Assembly (NCBI GenBank): GCA_963719225.1
Contig: CAVRAY010000001.1
Span: 2,048,001 to 2,112,000 of the forward strand
Reading direction: 5' to 3'
Length of the DNA stretch: 64,000 nt
Source of the DNA: Thermoanaerobaculia bacterium
GTDB lineage: Bacteria; Acidobacteriota; Thermoanaerobaculia; UBA5066
Both the position numbers and the translations under genes were made by a program. Positions 18,465 through 26,350 of this stretch are shown in pieces (the first letter of the stretch is position 1; every line of letters starts with the position of its first letter). The notes beneath the pieces are model-generated. The model worked only from the letters and a program-made list of their open reading frames with translations, had not been told where the DNA came from and did no database searches.

Positions 18465-18823
18465 CAGCCCGGGCCGGCTCCCGGAACCCGGTCGTCCGCG
18501 GCGGCGGGCGGGGCGGGAGTCGTCTGGTTGATGAGCTCCTTGAGCTTCTTGCCCGGCTTGAAGTACGGGACGCGCTTCGGCGGGACCATCACCTTCACGC
18601 CGCTGCGCTTCGGATTGCGCGCGATCCGCGCGCCCCTCTGCCGGAGCCGGAAGCTGCCGAAACCCCTGAGCTCGATCTTCTGGCCCGACCTGAGCGAGGC
18701 GATGATGCCGTCGAAGACCGAGTCCACGATGACCTCAGCCTGTTTCTTGGTGACGTCCGTGGCGTGAGCGACCTGCTCGACCAGGTCCGCCTTCGTCGTC
18801 GTACCTTCCGCGCGGCCTACCAC
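18464..18823 (-). CDS. ihfB: Integration host factor beta / HU-family DNA-binding protein
   Basis: TKADLVEQVA...KIELRGFGSF...ARNPK...VPYFKPGK; rpsA-sppA-ihfB synteny. Start uncertain (GTG 18823 or ACG 18799). Confidence 0.85.
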   Translation of the reverse strand: MVGRAEGTTTKADLVEQVAHATDVTKKQAEVIVDSVFDGIIASLRSGQKIELRGFGSFRLRQRGARIARNPKRSGVKVMVPPKRVPYFKPGKKLKELINQTTPAPPAAADDRVPGAGPG

Positions 18824-19722
18824 AGAAAGAAGACGTTCCATCCGCCCCCCACCGGTGCGCCAGAAAGAAGGCGCCCCGTCCACGTCGATTCCGAAGGTCC
18901 CGTCAAGAGGTCGATCAGTCCCGGCCGCCTCGGCCGCGGGTGCCAGATCTCGGCGGGCAGCGACAGGTGCGCGAGCCGCGCGGCGCGATCGACCGCATCG
19001 CGGAAGTCGCCGATCTCGTCCACGAGCCCGAGGGCGAGCGCCTCCTCGCCCGTGACGACGCGCCCGTCCGACATGCGCTCGAGCGCGTCCGGCTTGAGCC
19101 GGCCCTTGCGACCCTCGGCCACGGCCGCCTGGAACTGCGCCCGGAGCTTCAGGATGAGTTCCTCGAAATACCTGCGCTCCTCGTCCGTGATCGGGCGGGT
19201 CGGGTTTCCCGCGTCCTTGAGAGCGCCGCTTTTCAGGGTGACCGTCCGGACCTTCGCCCAGTCGAGGAGGTCCCCGTAGTTCATCCACTGCATGATGACG
19301 CCGATCGATCCGGTGATCGTCCCGGGGTTCGCGACGATGTGGTCCGCGGCCACGGCCGCGTAGTACCCGCCCGAGGCGGCGACGGATTCCATCGAGACGA
19401 CGACGGGCTTGCCCGTCTCCCTCCGGAAGCGCCGGAGCTCGCTGAAGAGCTCCTGAGACGCGGCGACGCCTCCACCCGGCGAGTTGATGCGCACGACGAC
19501 GGCCTTGATGTTCGAGGCGTCGTGGAATCGCTTCAGCATCTCGCGGAAGCGGTCGGCCGAGAGGATGACCCCTTCGAGGTCGACGACGCCCACGCGGCCG
19601 CCGAGCGCGAGGGAGGGCGCGCCCGCGCGAGGCGCGAACACGAGCGCCGCCGCGCAGACGAGCAGCACGAGAAACGCGAAGGCGACGGCCGCGATGATCC
19701 ATGCGACAGTCGAACGTTTCAC
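18817..19722 (-). CDS. sppA: Signal peptide peptidase SppA (S49)
   Basis: RINSPGG, AASGGYY, TGSIGV, KSGALKD, GLVDEIG. Confidence 0.94.
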   Translation of the reverse strand: MKRSTVAWIIAAVAFAFLVLLVCAAALVFAPRAGAPSLALGGRVGVVDLEGVILSADRFREMLKRFHDASNIKAVVVRINSPGGGVAASQELFSELRRFRRETGKPVVVSMESVAASGGYYAAVAADHIVANPGTITGSIGVIMQWMNYGDLLDWAKVRTVTLKSGALKDAGNPTRPITDEERRYFEELILKLRAQFQAAVAEGRKGRLKPDALERMSDGRVVTGEEALALGLVDEIGDFRDAVDRAARLAHLSLPAEIWHPRPRRPGLIDLLTGPSESTWTGRLLSGAPVGGGWNVFFLW

Positions 19723-19761
19723 GCGTTCTCCTCCCGGATGCCTTTCACCGCCGTTCTCCAG

Positions 19762-21531
19762 CTACTCGTGCGGGTCCGTTCCGGCGGGAACGGCTTTCTC
19801 GTCCGTTTCGACGGATTCTTTCAGCGACTCGCCGGCATTCTCCCGGGAAGACTCTTTCACCGGCTCCGAGGGCTGCTCCGCCGAAGCCTCCGCTCCCGCC
19901 GATTCACGCGCCGGCTGTTCCACGTCGCGGGACGAAAGCCCGATGCGCTGTTCGTGCGGCTCGATCCGGAGGATTCGCACGCGCACGGGATCGCCCTCGG
20001 CATAGTGTGACGCCGGCTTCTCTCCGCGTCCGAGCGGAGTCTCGGAAACGTGCATGAGGCCCTCGAGGCCCTCGGGCAGGCGCACGAACACGCCGAACTC
20101 GGCCACCTTCGCGACCGTGCCGTCCACAACGTCGCCGGGCTGGTGCTTGCCGGCGAACTCCTCCCATTCGTTCGGCCGAAATTCCTTGATCGAGAGGCTG
20201 ATGCGCCGGTTCTCCACGTCGATCGCCGTGAGCACGGCCTGTACCTCGTCCCCCTTCTTCAGGACCTCGGACGGGTGCTTCACGCGACGCCCCCAGGACA
20301 TGTCGGAGACGTGGATGAGGCCGTCGATGCCCTCCTCGATCTCCACGAACGCGCCGAAGTCGGTCAGGTTGCGCACCGTGCCGTGGATGCGGTCTCCGAT
20401 GTGATACTTCTCGGCGAGCTGCTCCCACGGATTCGGCTCGGTCGCGCGAAGCGAGAGCGAGAGACGCCGCGTCTCGGGGTTCACGTCCGCGATGACGGCC
20501 TCGATCGTGTCTCCCACGTTCAGGAGCTTCGAGGGATTCTTGACCCGCTTCGTCCAGGACATCTCGCTCACGTGGATGAGCCCCTCGACGCCCTCTTCGA
20601 GCTCCACGAAGGCGCCGTAGTCCGTGAGGGAGACGACTTTCCCGCGCACGCGCGCTCCGACCGGGTAATGAGCGGGCAGGTCGTGCCACGGGTCGGGCTT
20701 CAGCTGCTTCATGCCGAGCGAGATGCGGCCCGTCGCTTCCTCGAACCGGAGGACCTTCACTTCCACTTCCTGCCCCACGTGCACGGCGTCCGACGGATGC
20801 GCGAGGCGGCCCCACGTCATGTCCGTCACGTGGAGGAGGCCGTCGATGCCTCCGAGATCCACGAAGGCGCCGTAATCGGTCAGGTTCTTCACGACGCCTT
20901 TCAGGATCCGGCCATCCGCGAGGGCCGCGGCGGCCTCTTTCTTCTTGGCCTCGGCCGCCTCGTCGAGAATCGCCTTGCGCGACAGCACGATGTTCCCGCG
21001 CTTCTTGTCCAGCGAGACGACGCGGAACTCCAGCTCGCGGCCCTTCAGGACGTCGAGGTTCTTGAGAGGGCGCGAGTCGGCGATCGAGCCCGGAAGGAAC
21101 GCCCGGACGCCGATGTCGACGGACAGCCCGCCCTTCACGCGTTCCAGGACGCGCCCTTTGATGGGCGTGTTTGCCGTGAACGCCTGTTCAACCAGATCCC
21201 ACGCTTTCCCGCGGCGCGCCTTCTCCCAGGAGAGCACGACGTAGCCGTTCGGACCCTCGGTCCGTTCCAGCACCGCTTCGATCTCCTGCCCCGGGTGCGG
21301 AAGGCGATCGGCCGGGACATGATGGAACTCGGAGCGGGGAATCATCCCTTCCGACTTGTAGCCGATGTCGACGAGGATCTCGTCGTTCGTCACCTGAAGC
21401 ACGCGGCCCCGGATGAGCTCTCCCTCCTTCAGAGAGCGCTCGCTCTCGGCGAGAAGGCGTGCGAACTCTCCGTTGTCCGCGCCTTCTTCGGCCTTCTGGC
21501 CGCCGTCGTTCTTCGGGTCCACAGGCGACAT
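19762..21531 (-). CDS. rpsA: 30S ribosomal protein S1
   Basis: DIGYKSEG and repeated S1 domains (YGAFVDLGG, GLIHVSEMSW). Confidence 0.98.
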   Translation of the reverse strand: MSPVDPKNDGGQKAEEGADNGEFARLLAESERSLKEGELIRGRVLQVTNDEILVDIGYKSEGMIPRSEFHHVPADRLPHPGQEIEAVLERTEGPNGYVVLSWEKARRGKAWDLVEQAFTANTPIKGRVLERVKGGLSVDIGVRAFLPGSIADSRPLKNLDVLKGRELEFRVVSLDKKRGNIVLSRKAILDEAAEAKKKEAAAALADGRILKGVVKNLTDYGAFVDLGGIDGLLHVTDMTWGRLAHPSDAVHVGQEVEVKVLRFEEATGRISLGMKQLKPDPWHDLPAHYPVGARVRGKVVSLTDYGAFVELEEGVEGLIHVSEMSWTKRVKNPSKLLNVGDTIEAVIADVNPETRRLSLSLRATEPNPWEQLAEKYHIGDRIHGTVRNLTDFGAFVEIEEGIDGLIHVSDMSWGRRVKHPSEVLKKGDEVQAVLTAIDVENRRISLSIKEFRPNEWEEFAGKHQPGDVVDGTVAKVAEFGVFVRLPEGLEGLMHVSETPLGRGEKPASHYAEGDPVRVRILRIEPHEQRIGLSSRDVEQPARESAGAEASAEQPSEPVKESSRENAGESLKESVETDEKAVPAGTDPHE

Positions 21532-21637
21532 GTACTCGTGCTCCTTCGCGGGCTTGAAATGGGGCCACCTAAACTGCCGTGAGGCAAATGCTTAAGCGGC
21601 CGGAACCGATGATGTTAGACGGGCGGGGGGAGACCGG

Positions 21638-22324
21638 TCAACCGGGCGGCGGAACTCTCCCGCCGACGGCCGAAAGCACCCGATCGACGACCTCCTCGAC
21701 CGGGAGCGCCGACGTGTCGATGCGCGTGTAGGTCCCGTCGTCGTGGAGCGGCGAATCGGCCCGCGTGGAATCCGCGTGATCGCGCGCTTCCATGTCCGCG
21801 AGCACCTGGTCGAACGTCTGGGGAGACCCCTTGGCTGACAGCTCCTCGAAACGCCGCCGCGCCCGGACCTCGGGCGAGGCCGTCAGAAAGAACTTGTGCG
21901 GGGTCTCGGGAACGACCTTCGTCCCGATGTCACGCCCCTCCAGGACGCCGCCGCTCTCGAGCGCGAGGCTGCGCTGCATTCCCGCGAGACGGCGCCTCAC
22001 TCCCGGCACGGCGGAGACGGCCGAGGCGTACGCGGAGACTTCCGGCGTCCGGATCTCCTGCGACACGTCCTCCCCGCTCAGCCACGTGCGCGCGTCCGCG
22101 GCGCTCCCGGTCACGCGCACGTCCACGTGGGACGCCACCGAGACGACGGCGTCAGGGTCCTGGAGCGGCAGTGCGATCCCCTTTCGCTTCACGGCGAGAC
22201 CGACGGCGCGGTACATCGCTCCCGTGTCGAGGTAGGGCACGCCGAGCCGCGCGGCCACCGCTTTTCCCACGGTCGACTTCCCCACTCCGGAGGGCCCGTC
22301 GATCGCGACGACGATTCCCTTCAC
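21638..22324 (-). CDS. cmk: Cytidylate kinase
   Basis: AIDGPSGVGKST, DTGAMYRA, EGRDIGT; upstream of rpsA. Confidence 0.97.
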   Translation of the reverse strand: MKGIVVAIDGPSGVGKSTVGKAVAARLGVPYLDTGAMYRAVGLAVKRKGIALPLQDPDAVVSVASHVDVRVTGSAADARTWLSGEDVSQEIRTPEVSAYASAVSAVPGVRRRLAGMQRSLALESGGVLEGRDIGTKVVPETPHKFFLTASPEVRARRRFEELSAKGSPQTFDQVLADMEARDHADSTRADSPLHDDGTYTRIDTSALPVEEVVDRVLSAVGGRVPPPG

Positions 22325-23109
22325 GCCCGCGCCCGGGCGCGCGCGGGCGCTCGCGGCGACGCGGGCCGAATCGCCTGCAGCGCGGCGACCTCTCCCCGCG
22401 AGAGGTCGCGAAACGCTCCCGGAGGAAGCTTCGCGTCGCGGATCGGGCCGATCGCGACGCGGCGCAACTTCGTGACGGGGTGGCCGACGAGGTCGAACAT
22501 CCGCCGGATCTGACGCGAGCGCCCCTCGCCGAGCGTCACCTTCAACCAGGAATTTCCGCCCGCGCCGTTCCTCTCCGGCGTCGTCTTGACGAGCTCGATC
22601 TCGGCGGGCGACGTGCGCACCCCGTCGTCGGGCAACGTGACGCCCCTGCGCAGCTTCTCGAGCTGGGCGGGAGTCGGAACGCCCGAAACCTTCACCTCGT
22701 ATTCTTTGCGGCAGCCTCCGGAAGGATGCGTGAGCTTGTGGACGAGCGCACCGTCGTCCGTGAGGAGGAGCAGCCCCTCGGACTCCACGTCGAGCCGCCC
22801 CACGGCCACCACGCGTTCCCCGACGCGTCCCTTCAGCAGCTCGAAGACGGTCGGGATCCCGCCGGGATCGTCCCGCGTGACGATGAGCCCTTTCGGCTTG
22901 TTCATGAGGACGTACCGGCGCGCGACGGCGACGCGCACGAGCTTTCCGTCCACCTTCACGTGGTCCTTTGCGGGGTCGGCCTTGACGCCGAGCTCTTTGA
23001 CCTTGTGTCCGTTCACGGTCACACGGCCCTCGAGGATGATCTGCTCGGCCGCGCGCCGCGACGCGATGCCGGCGGCGGACAGGATCTTCTGCAGGCGCTC
23101 GGCGCTCAT
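22321..23109 (-). CDS. rluB: rRNA pseudouridine synthase (RluB/RsuA family)
   Basis: ERLQKILS S4 domain, NKPKG, GRLD, EGRSRQIRRM; scpA-scpB-rluB-cmk synteny. Confidence 0.9.
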   Translation of the reverse strand: MSAERLQKILSAAGIASRRAAEQIILEGRVTVNGHKVKELGVKADPAKDHVKVDGKLVRVAVARRYVLMNKPKGLIVTRDDPGGIPTVFELLKGRVGERVVAVGRLDVESEGLLLLTDDGALVHKLTHPSGGCRKEYEVKVSGVPTPAQLEKLRRGVTLPDDGVRTSPAEIELVKTTPERNGAGGNSWLKVTLGEGRSRQIRRMFDLVGHPVTKLRRVAIGPIRDAKLPPGAFRDLSRGEVAALQAIRPASPRAPARARARA

Positions 23110-23134
23110 GGTGTAGCTCCGAGGAGCACAGGTG

Positions 23135-23295
23135 AAAGAGAGAAAGAAAGAAAGATTTGCTTAGAAGGCAATAGGGCCTGGCCCCGCTCCGTCCGCGCCG
23201 CGCCGCTTCTGCTCATCGTTCCGTCCTATTAACCATTCGAAGAATCTTCCTCTTCCTCTTCTTCTTTTCCCCTCTTCTCTTCAGCAGAAGTCTCC
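23135..23295. repeat. Dispersed motif pair with long purine tracts at the scpB/rluB junction
   Basis: + GAAAGAAAGATT-TGC-TTA-GAA-GGCAATAGG (23162); - GAGGAAGA-TTC-TTC-GAA-TGG (23240). Confidence 0.72.
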
Positions 23296-23852
23296 TGTGG
23301 AAAAAGCTCCGTCTGGGCCGTGTTCGTCTCGACCCCGTAGAGCGCGTCGAGGTCCTCCGGGCGCGGGAGGTCTTTCAGGTCCGTGAGGCCGAAGTGGACC
23401 AGGAACTCCCGCGTCGTCTTGTAGAGGAACGGCGTTCCGACGACTTCCTTGCGGCCCGCGGTCGTAATGAGCTTCTTGTCGAGAAGAGTGCGCAGCGAGG
23501 AGGCCGAGTTCACGCCGCGCAGCTCCGCGATCTCGGGCGCGGTGACCGGCTGCCGGTACGCGACGATCGAAAGCACCTCGAGACTCGCCATCGAGAGCTT
23601 GTTCTTCCCCTCGAGCCCGAGCAGGTTGCGGACGGGCAGGTCGAACTCGTTGCGCGAGACGAGGCGCGCGCCTCCCGCGACGCGGTCGATGCGCACGCCC
23701 CGCCCGCCGGCCTCGCACGCCTTCTCGAGCGCCTCGAGCGCGGCTTCGACCTCTTCTTTCGAGATCTCGGCGGCTTCGGCGAGGCGCTCGACGGTCGCGG
23801 GCTTGCCGGAGGCGAAGAGCAGCGCCTCGAGAAGCGCGACGTGCGTCGTCAC
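23229..23852 (-). CDS. scpB: SMC-Scp complex subunit ScpB
   Basis: LEALLFAS, LEVLSIVAYRQPVT, RGVNS, LYKTTREFLVHFGL. Confidence 0.96.
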   Translation of the reverse strand: MTTHVALLEALLFASGKPATVERLAEAAEISKEEVEAALEALEKACEAGGRGVRIDRVAGGARLVSRNEFDLPVRNLLGLEGKNKLSMASLEVLSIVAYRQPVTAPEIAELRGVNSASSLRTLLDKKLITTAGRKEVVGTPFLYKTTREFLVHFGLTDLKDLPRPEDLDALYGVETNTAQTELFPQETSAEEKRGKEEEEEEDSSNG

Positions 23853-24655
23853 CGGTACGCCTCCTCGTATCCGTCGAGCGAGGCCTCGGCGCCCGTGGGG
23901 TCGAGGTAGATCTCGCTGAATTCCCCTTCCTGCCGCGCCTTGACGACACGGAGCCGGAGGAGCTCGAGGACGGCGAGAAAGATCGCGATGGCCTCGGCCC
24001 GCCCCGACAGAGAGCGGAAGACGTCCGACAGCGGCACCGGGCCGTCCCCGGCCTTCACGCGCGCGAGCATTTGCTCCATTTTCTCCTTGATGGAGAACTT
24101 CTGGTGCTCGATCTCCATCGACGGCGGGTGCTGCGCCCGGTAGCGGTCGAGCGCGCCCTTGAAGAACGTCAGGAGGTCGAAGAGCGAGACTTCCGAGAGG
24201 TCGGTTTCCTCGGCCTCTCCTTCCGGCGTCTCCACCTTCGCCGGCGCGCGGCTCCAGAGCCCGAGGCGCAAGGCCTCCATCTCGTGCAGCGTCTCGGCGA
24301 CCCCCTTGTACTTGCGGTACTCGAGCAGGCGACGCACGAGCTCGTCGCGGGGATCCTCCTCCGGCGCGCTCGCCGCGGGGCGCGGCAGGACCATCTGCGA
24401 CTTGATGTGCACGAGCATCGCCTCGACATAGAGGAACTCGGCCGCGACCTCGAGGTCGAGCTCCTGCATGAGGACGAGGTACTCGTGATACTGCCGGCAG
24501 ATGTCGACGAGCGGCAGGTTGCGAATGTCGAGCTCGTTCTTCCGGATCAGATGCAGCAGCAGATCGAGGGGCCCTTCGAACTGAGGCAGCTTCACCGGAT
24601 ACGGCCCCATGAGGTCCGCACCGGCGGGGATTGGGATGCGGATGCCTTCGGTCAT
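23849..24655 (-). CDS. scpA: Segregation/condensation protein ScpA (kleisin)
   Basis: FEGPLDLLLHLI, AAEFL, EDPRDELVRRLLEY, FLAVLEL. Confidence 0.96.
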   Translation of the reverse strand: MTEGIRIPIPAGADLMGPYPVKLPQFEGPLDLLLHLIRKNELDIRNLPLVDICRQYHEYLVLMQELDLEVAAEFLYVEAMLVHIKSQMVLPRPAASAPEEDPRDELVRRLLEYRKYKGVAETLHEMEALRLGLWSRAPAKVETPEGEAEETDLSEVSLFDLLTFFKGALDRYRAQHPPSMEIEHQKFSIKEKMEQMLARVKAGDGPVPLSDVFRSLSGRAEAIAIFLAVLELLRLRVVKARQEGEFSEIYLDPTGAEASLDGYEEAYR

Positions 24656-25647
24656 AGGAGCTTCATGGCATCGGAGACTCTTTCCATCGTCTCCGAAGCA
24701 ATATCTCTCGCCCTCGCGCTCCCTGTCTCCAGAACGTCCTTCACGAAATCTTTCTTCGCCGTGATCTCCGCACGCTTCTGCCGGATGGGCTCGAGCGCCG
24801 CGTTCATGTTGCGGATCAGGTGCTTCTTGCAGTCCACGCAGCCGCGCGCCGCCGTGCGGCACTCGAAGTCCACCTGCTTCTGCTCCTCGGGCGGGGAGTA
24901 GAGGACGTGAAACGGGTAGAGGTTGCAGACGTCCGGGTTCCCCGGGTCGGCGCGGCGCGCGCGCCCGGGATCCGTGACCATGCTCATGACCTTTCTCTCG
25001 ACCTCGGCCGCGGAGTCCGACAGCGCGATCGCGTTGTTGTAGGTCTTCGACATCTTCCGGCCGTCGAGGCCGGGCACCTTCGGGGTCGCCGTGAAGAGCG
25101 CCTGCGGCTCGGGGAAAACATCCCCGTAGAACCCGTTGAATCGCCGCACGATCTCGCGGCAGATCTCGAGGTGGCTCTCCTGGTCCTTGCCGACCGGAAC
25201 GTAATGCGCGCGGAAGAGCGCGATGTCGGCCGTCATCAGGACCGGATAGCCGAGGAACCCGAACGTCCCGAGGTCGCGCTCGCGAAGCTGCTCGATCTGC
25301 TCCTTGTAGGTCGGCACGCGCTCGAGCCACCCGAGGGGCGTGATCATTCCGAAGACGAGCGCCAGCTCCGCCGTCTGCGGGACGCGCGATTGCACGAAGA
25401 TGACGGACTTCTGCGGGTCGAGTCCGACTGCGAGCCAGTCCGTCACGGCCTCCAACGTCGCCTCGCGGATCGTGGAGGTGTCGGCGTAATCCGTCGTGAG
25501 GGCGTGGAGATCCGCGATGAAGTACCGGCAGTCGTAGTCGGCCTGCAAGTCCACCCAGTTCTTCACGGCCCCCCAGTAGTTTCCGAGGTGGACACGGCCG
25601 GTGGGCCGAAGACCGGAAAGAACGATTTTCTTCGAAGGGATGGACAT
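24652..25647 (-). CDS. trpS: Tryptophan--tRNA ligase
   Basis: SGLRPTGRVHLGNY, YPVLMTADI, VPVGKDQ, KMSKT. Confidence 0.97.
   Translation of the reverse strand: MSIPSKKIVLSGLRPTGRVHLGNYWGAVKNWVDLQADYDCRYFIADLHALTTDYADTSTIREATLEAVTDWLAVGLDPQKSVIFVQSRVPQTAELALVFGMITPLGWLERVPTYKEQIEQLRERDLGTFGFLGYPVLMTADIALFRAHYVPVGKDQESHLEICREIVRRFNGFYGDVFPEPQALFTATPKVPGLDGRKMSKTYNNAIALSDSAAEVERKVMSMVTDPGRARRADPGNPDVCNLYPFHVLYSPPEEQKQVDFECRTAARGCVDCKKHLIRNMNAALEPIRQKRAEITAKKDFVKDVLETGSARARDIASETMERVSDAMKLL
25624..25640 (+). repeat. Dispersed motif, single copy at the trpS 5' end
   Basis: GATT-TTC-TTC-GAA-GGGA (centre 25632). Confidence 0.5.
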
Positions 25648-26312
25648 CAGGATCTCAGCCAGCCGATGACCAGGTTCTGAACGGGCCGCATGAGGAACCC
25701 GAGGACTCCCGTGAACATGAGCACGACGAGGATGATGAAGCCGAAACGTCGCAGCCAAATGATGGCGGGTATCGCAGAAGGAGGCGCGAGGCTCTCCACG
25801 ACCCCGAACCCGTCGAGCGGCGGGATCGGCAGAAGGTTGAAGATCGCCAGAGACGCGTTGACCAGCACCGAGGCTCCCGCGATGACGAACAACGGATGCA
25901 AGATCTCCCGATTCCCTTCCAAAAGGAATAACCGCTTCAGGATGGCGAAAGCGAGACCGAAGACGACGGCCAGAAACACGTTGGACAGCGGTCCTGCCGC
26001 CGACACGAGCAGGTTGGCGCGCCGCGGATTCGGAACGCCGCGGAGGGAAACGGGCACCGGCCGCGCCCACCCGAACACCGGCAGACCCGAGAACGCGAGC
26101 AGCGCCGGAAAGAGCAGGCTGCCGATCGGATCGAGATGCTTGATGGGATTCATCGTGATGCGCCCGAGGTCGCGCGCCGTGTTGTCGCCGCACTTCATCG
26201 CCACGTAGCCGTGCGCCGACTCGTGAAACGAGACGGCGAACAGCAGCACGACGATCTGGATGATGATTTCGAGTGTTTTCTGGGGGTCCACGGCGCCTTC
26301 GGGCGCGGTCAC
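25647..26312 (-). CDS. Site-2 protease (M50) family
   Basis: HESAH, AAGPLSN, FNLLPIPPLDG. Confidence 0.94.
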   Translation of the reverse strand: MTAPEGAVDPQKTLEIIIQIVVLLFAVSFHESAHGYVAMKCGDNTARDLGRITMNPIKHLDPIGSLLFPALLAFSGLPVFGWARPVPVSLRGVPNPRRANLLVSAAGPLSNVFLAVVFGLAFAILKRLFLLEGNREILHPLFVIAGASVLVNASLAIFNLLPIPPLDGFGVVESLAPPSAIPAIIWLRRFGFIILVVLMFTGVLGFLMRPVQNLVIGWLRS

Positions 26313-26350
26313 ACCGCGCGGCGCCGGATGTTAACCCGGAACGCCGGGCC

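Noticed and set aside
19860-20900. Internal DNA repeats such as CACGAAGGCGCCGTA and CACGTGGATGAG
   Set aside because: Expected from the tandem S1 domains of RpsA.
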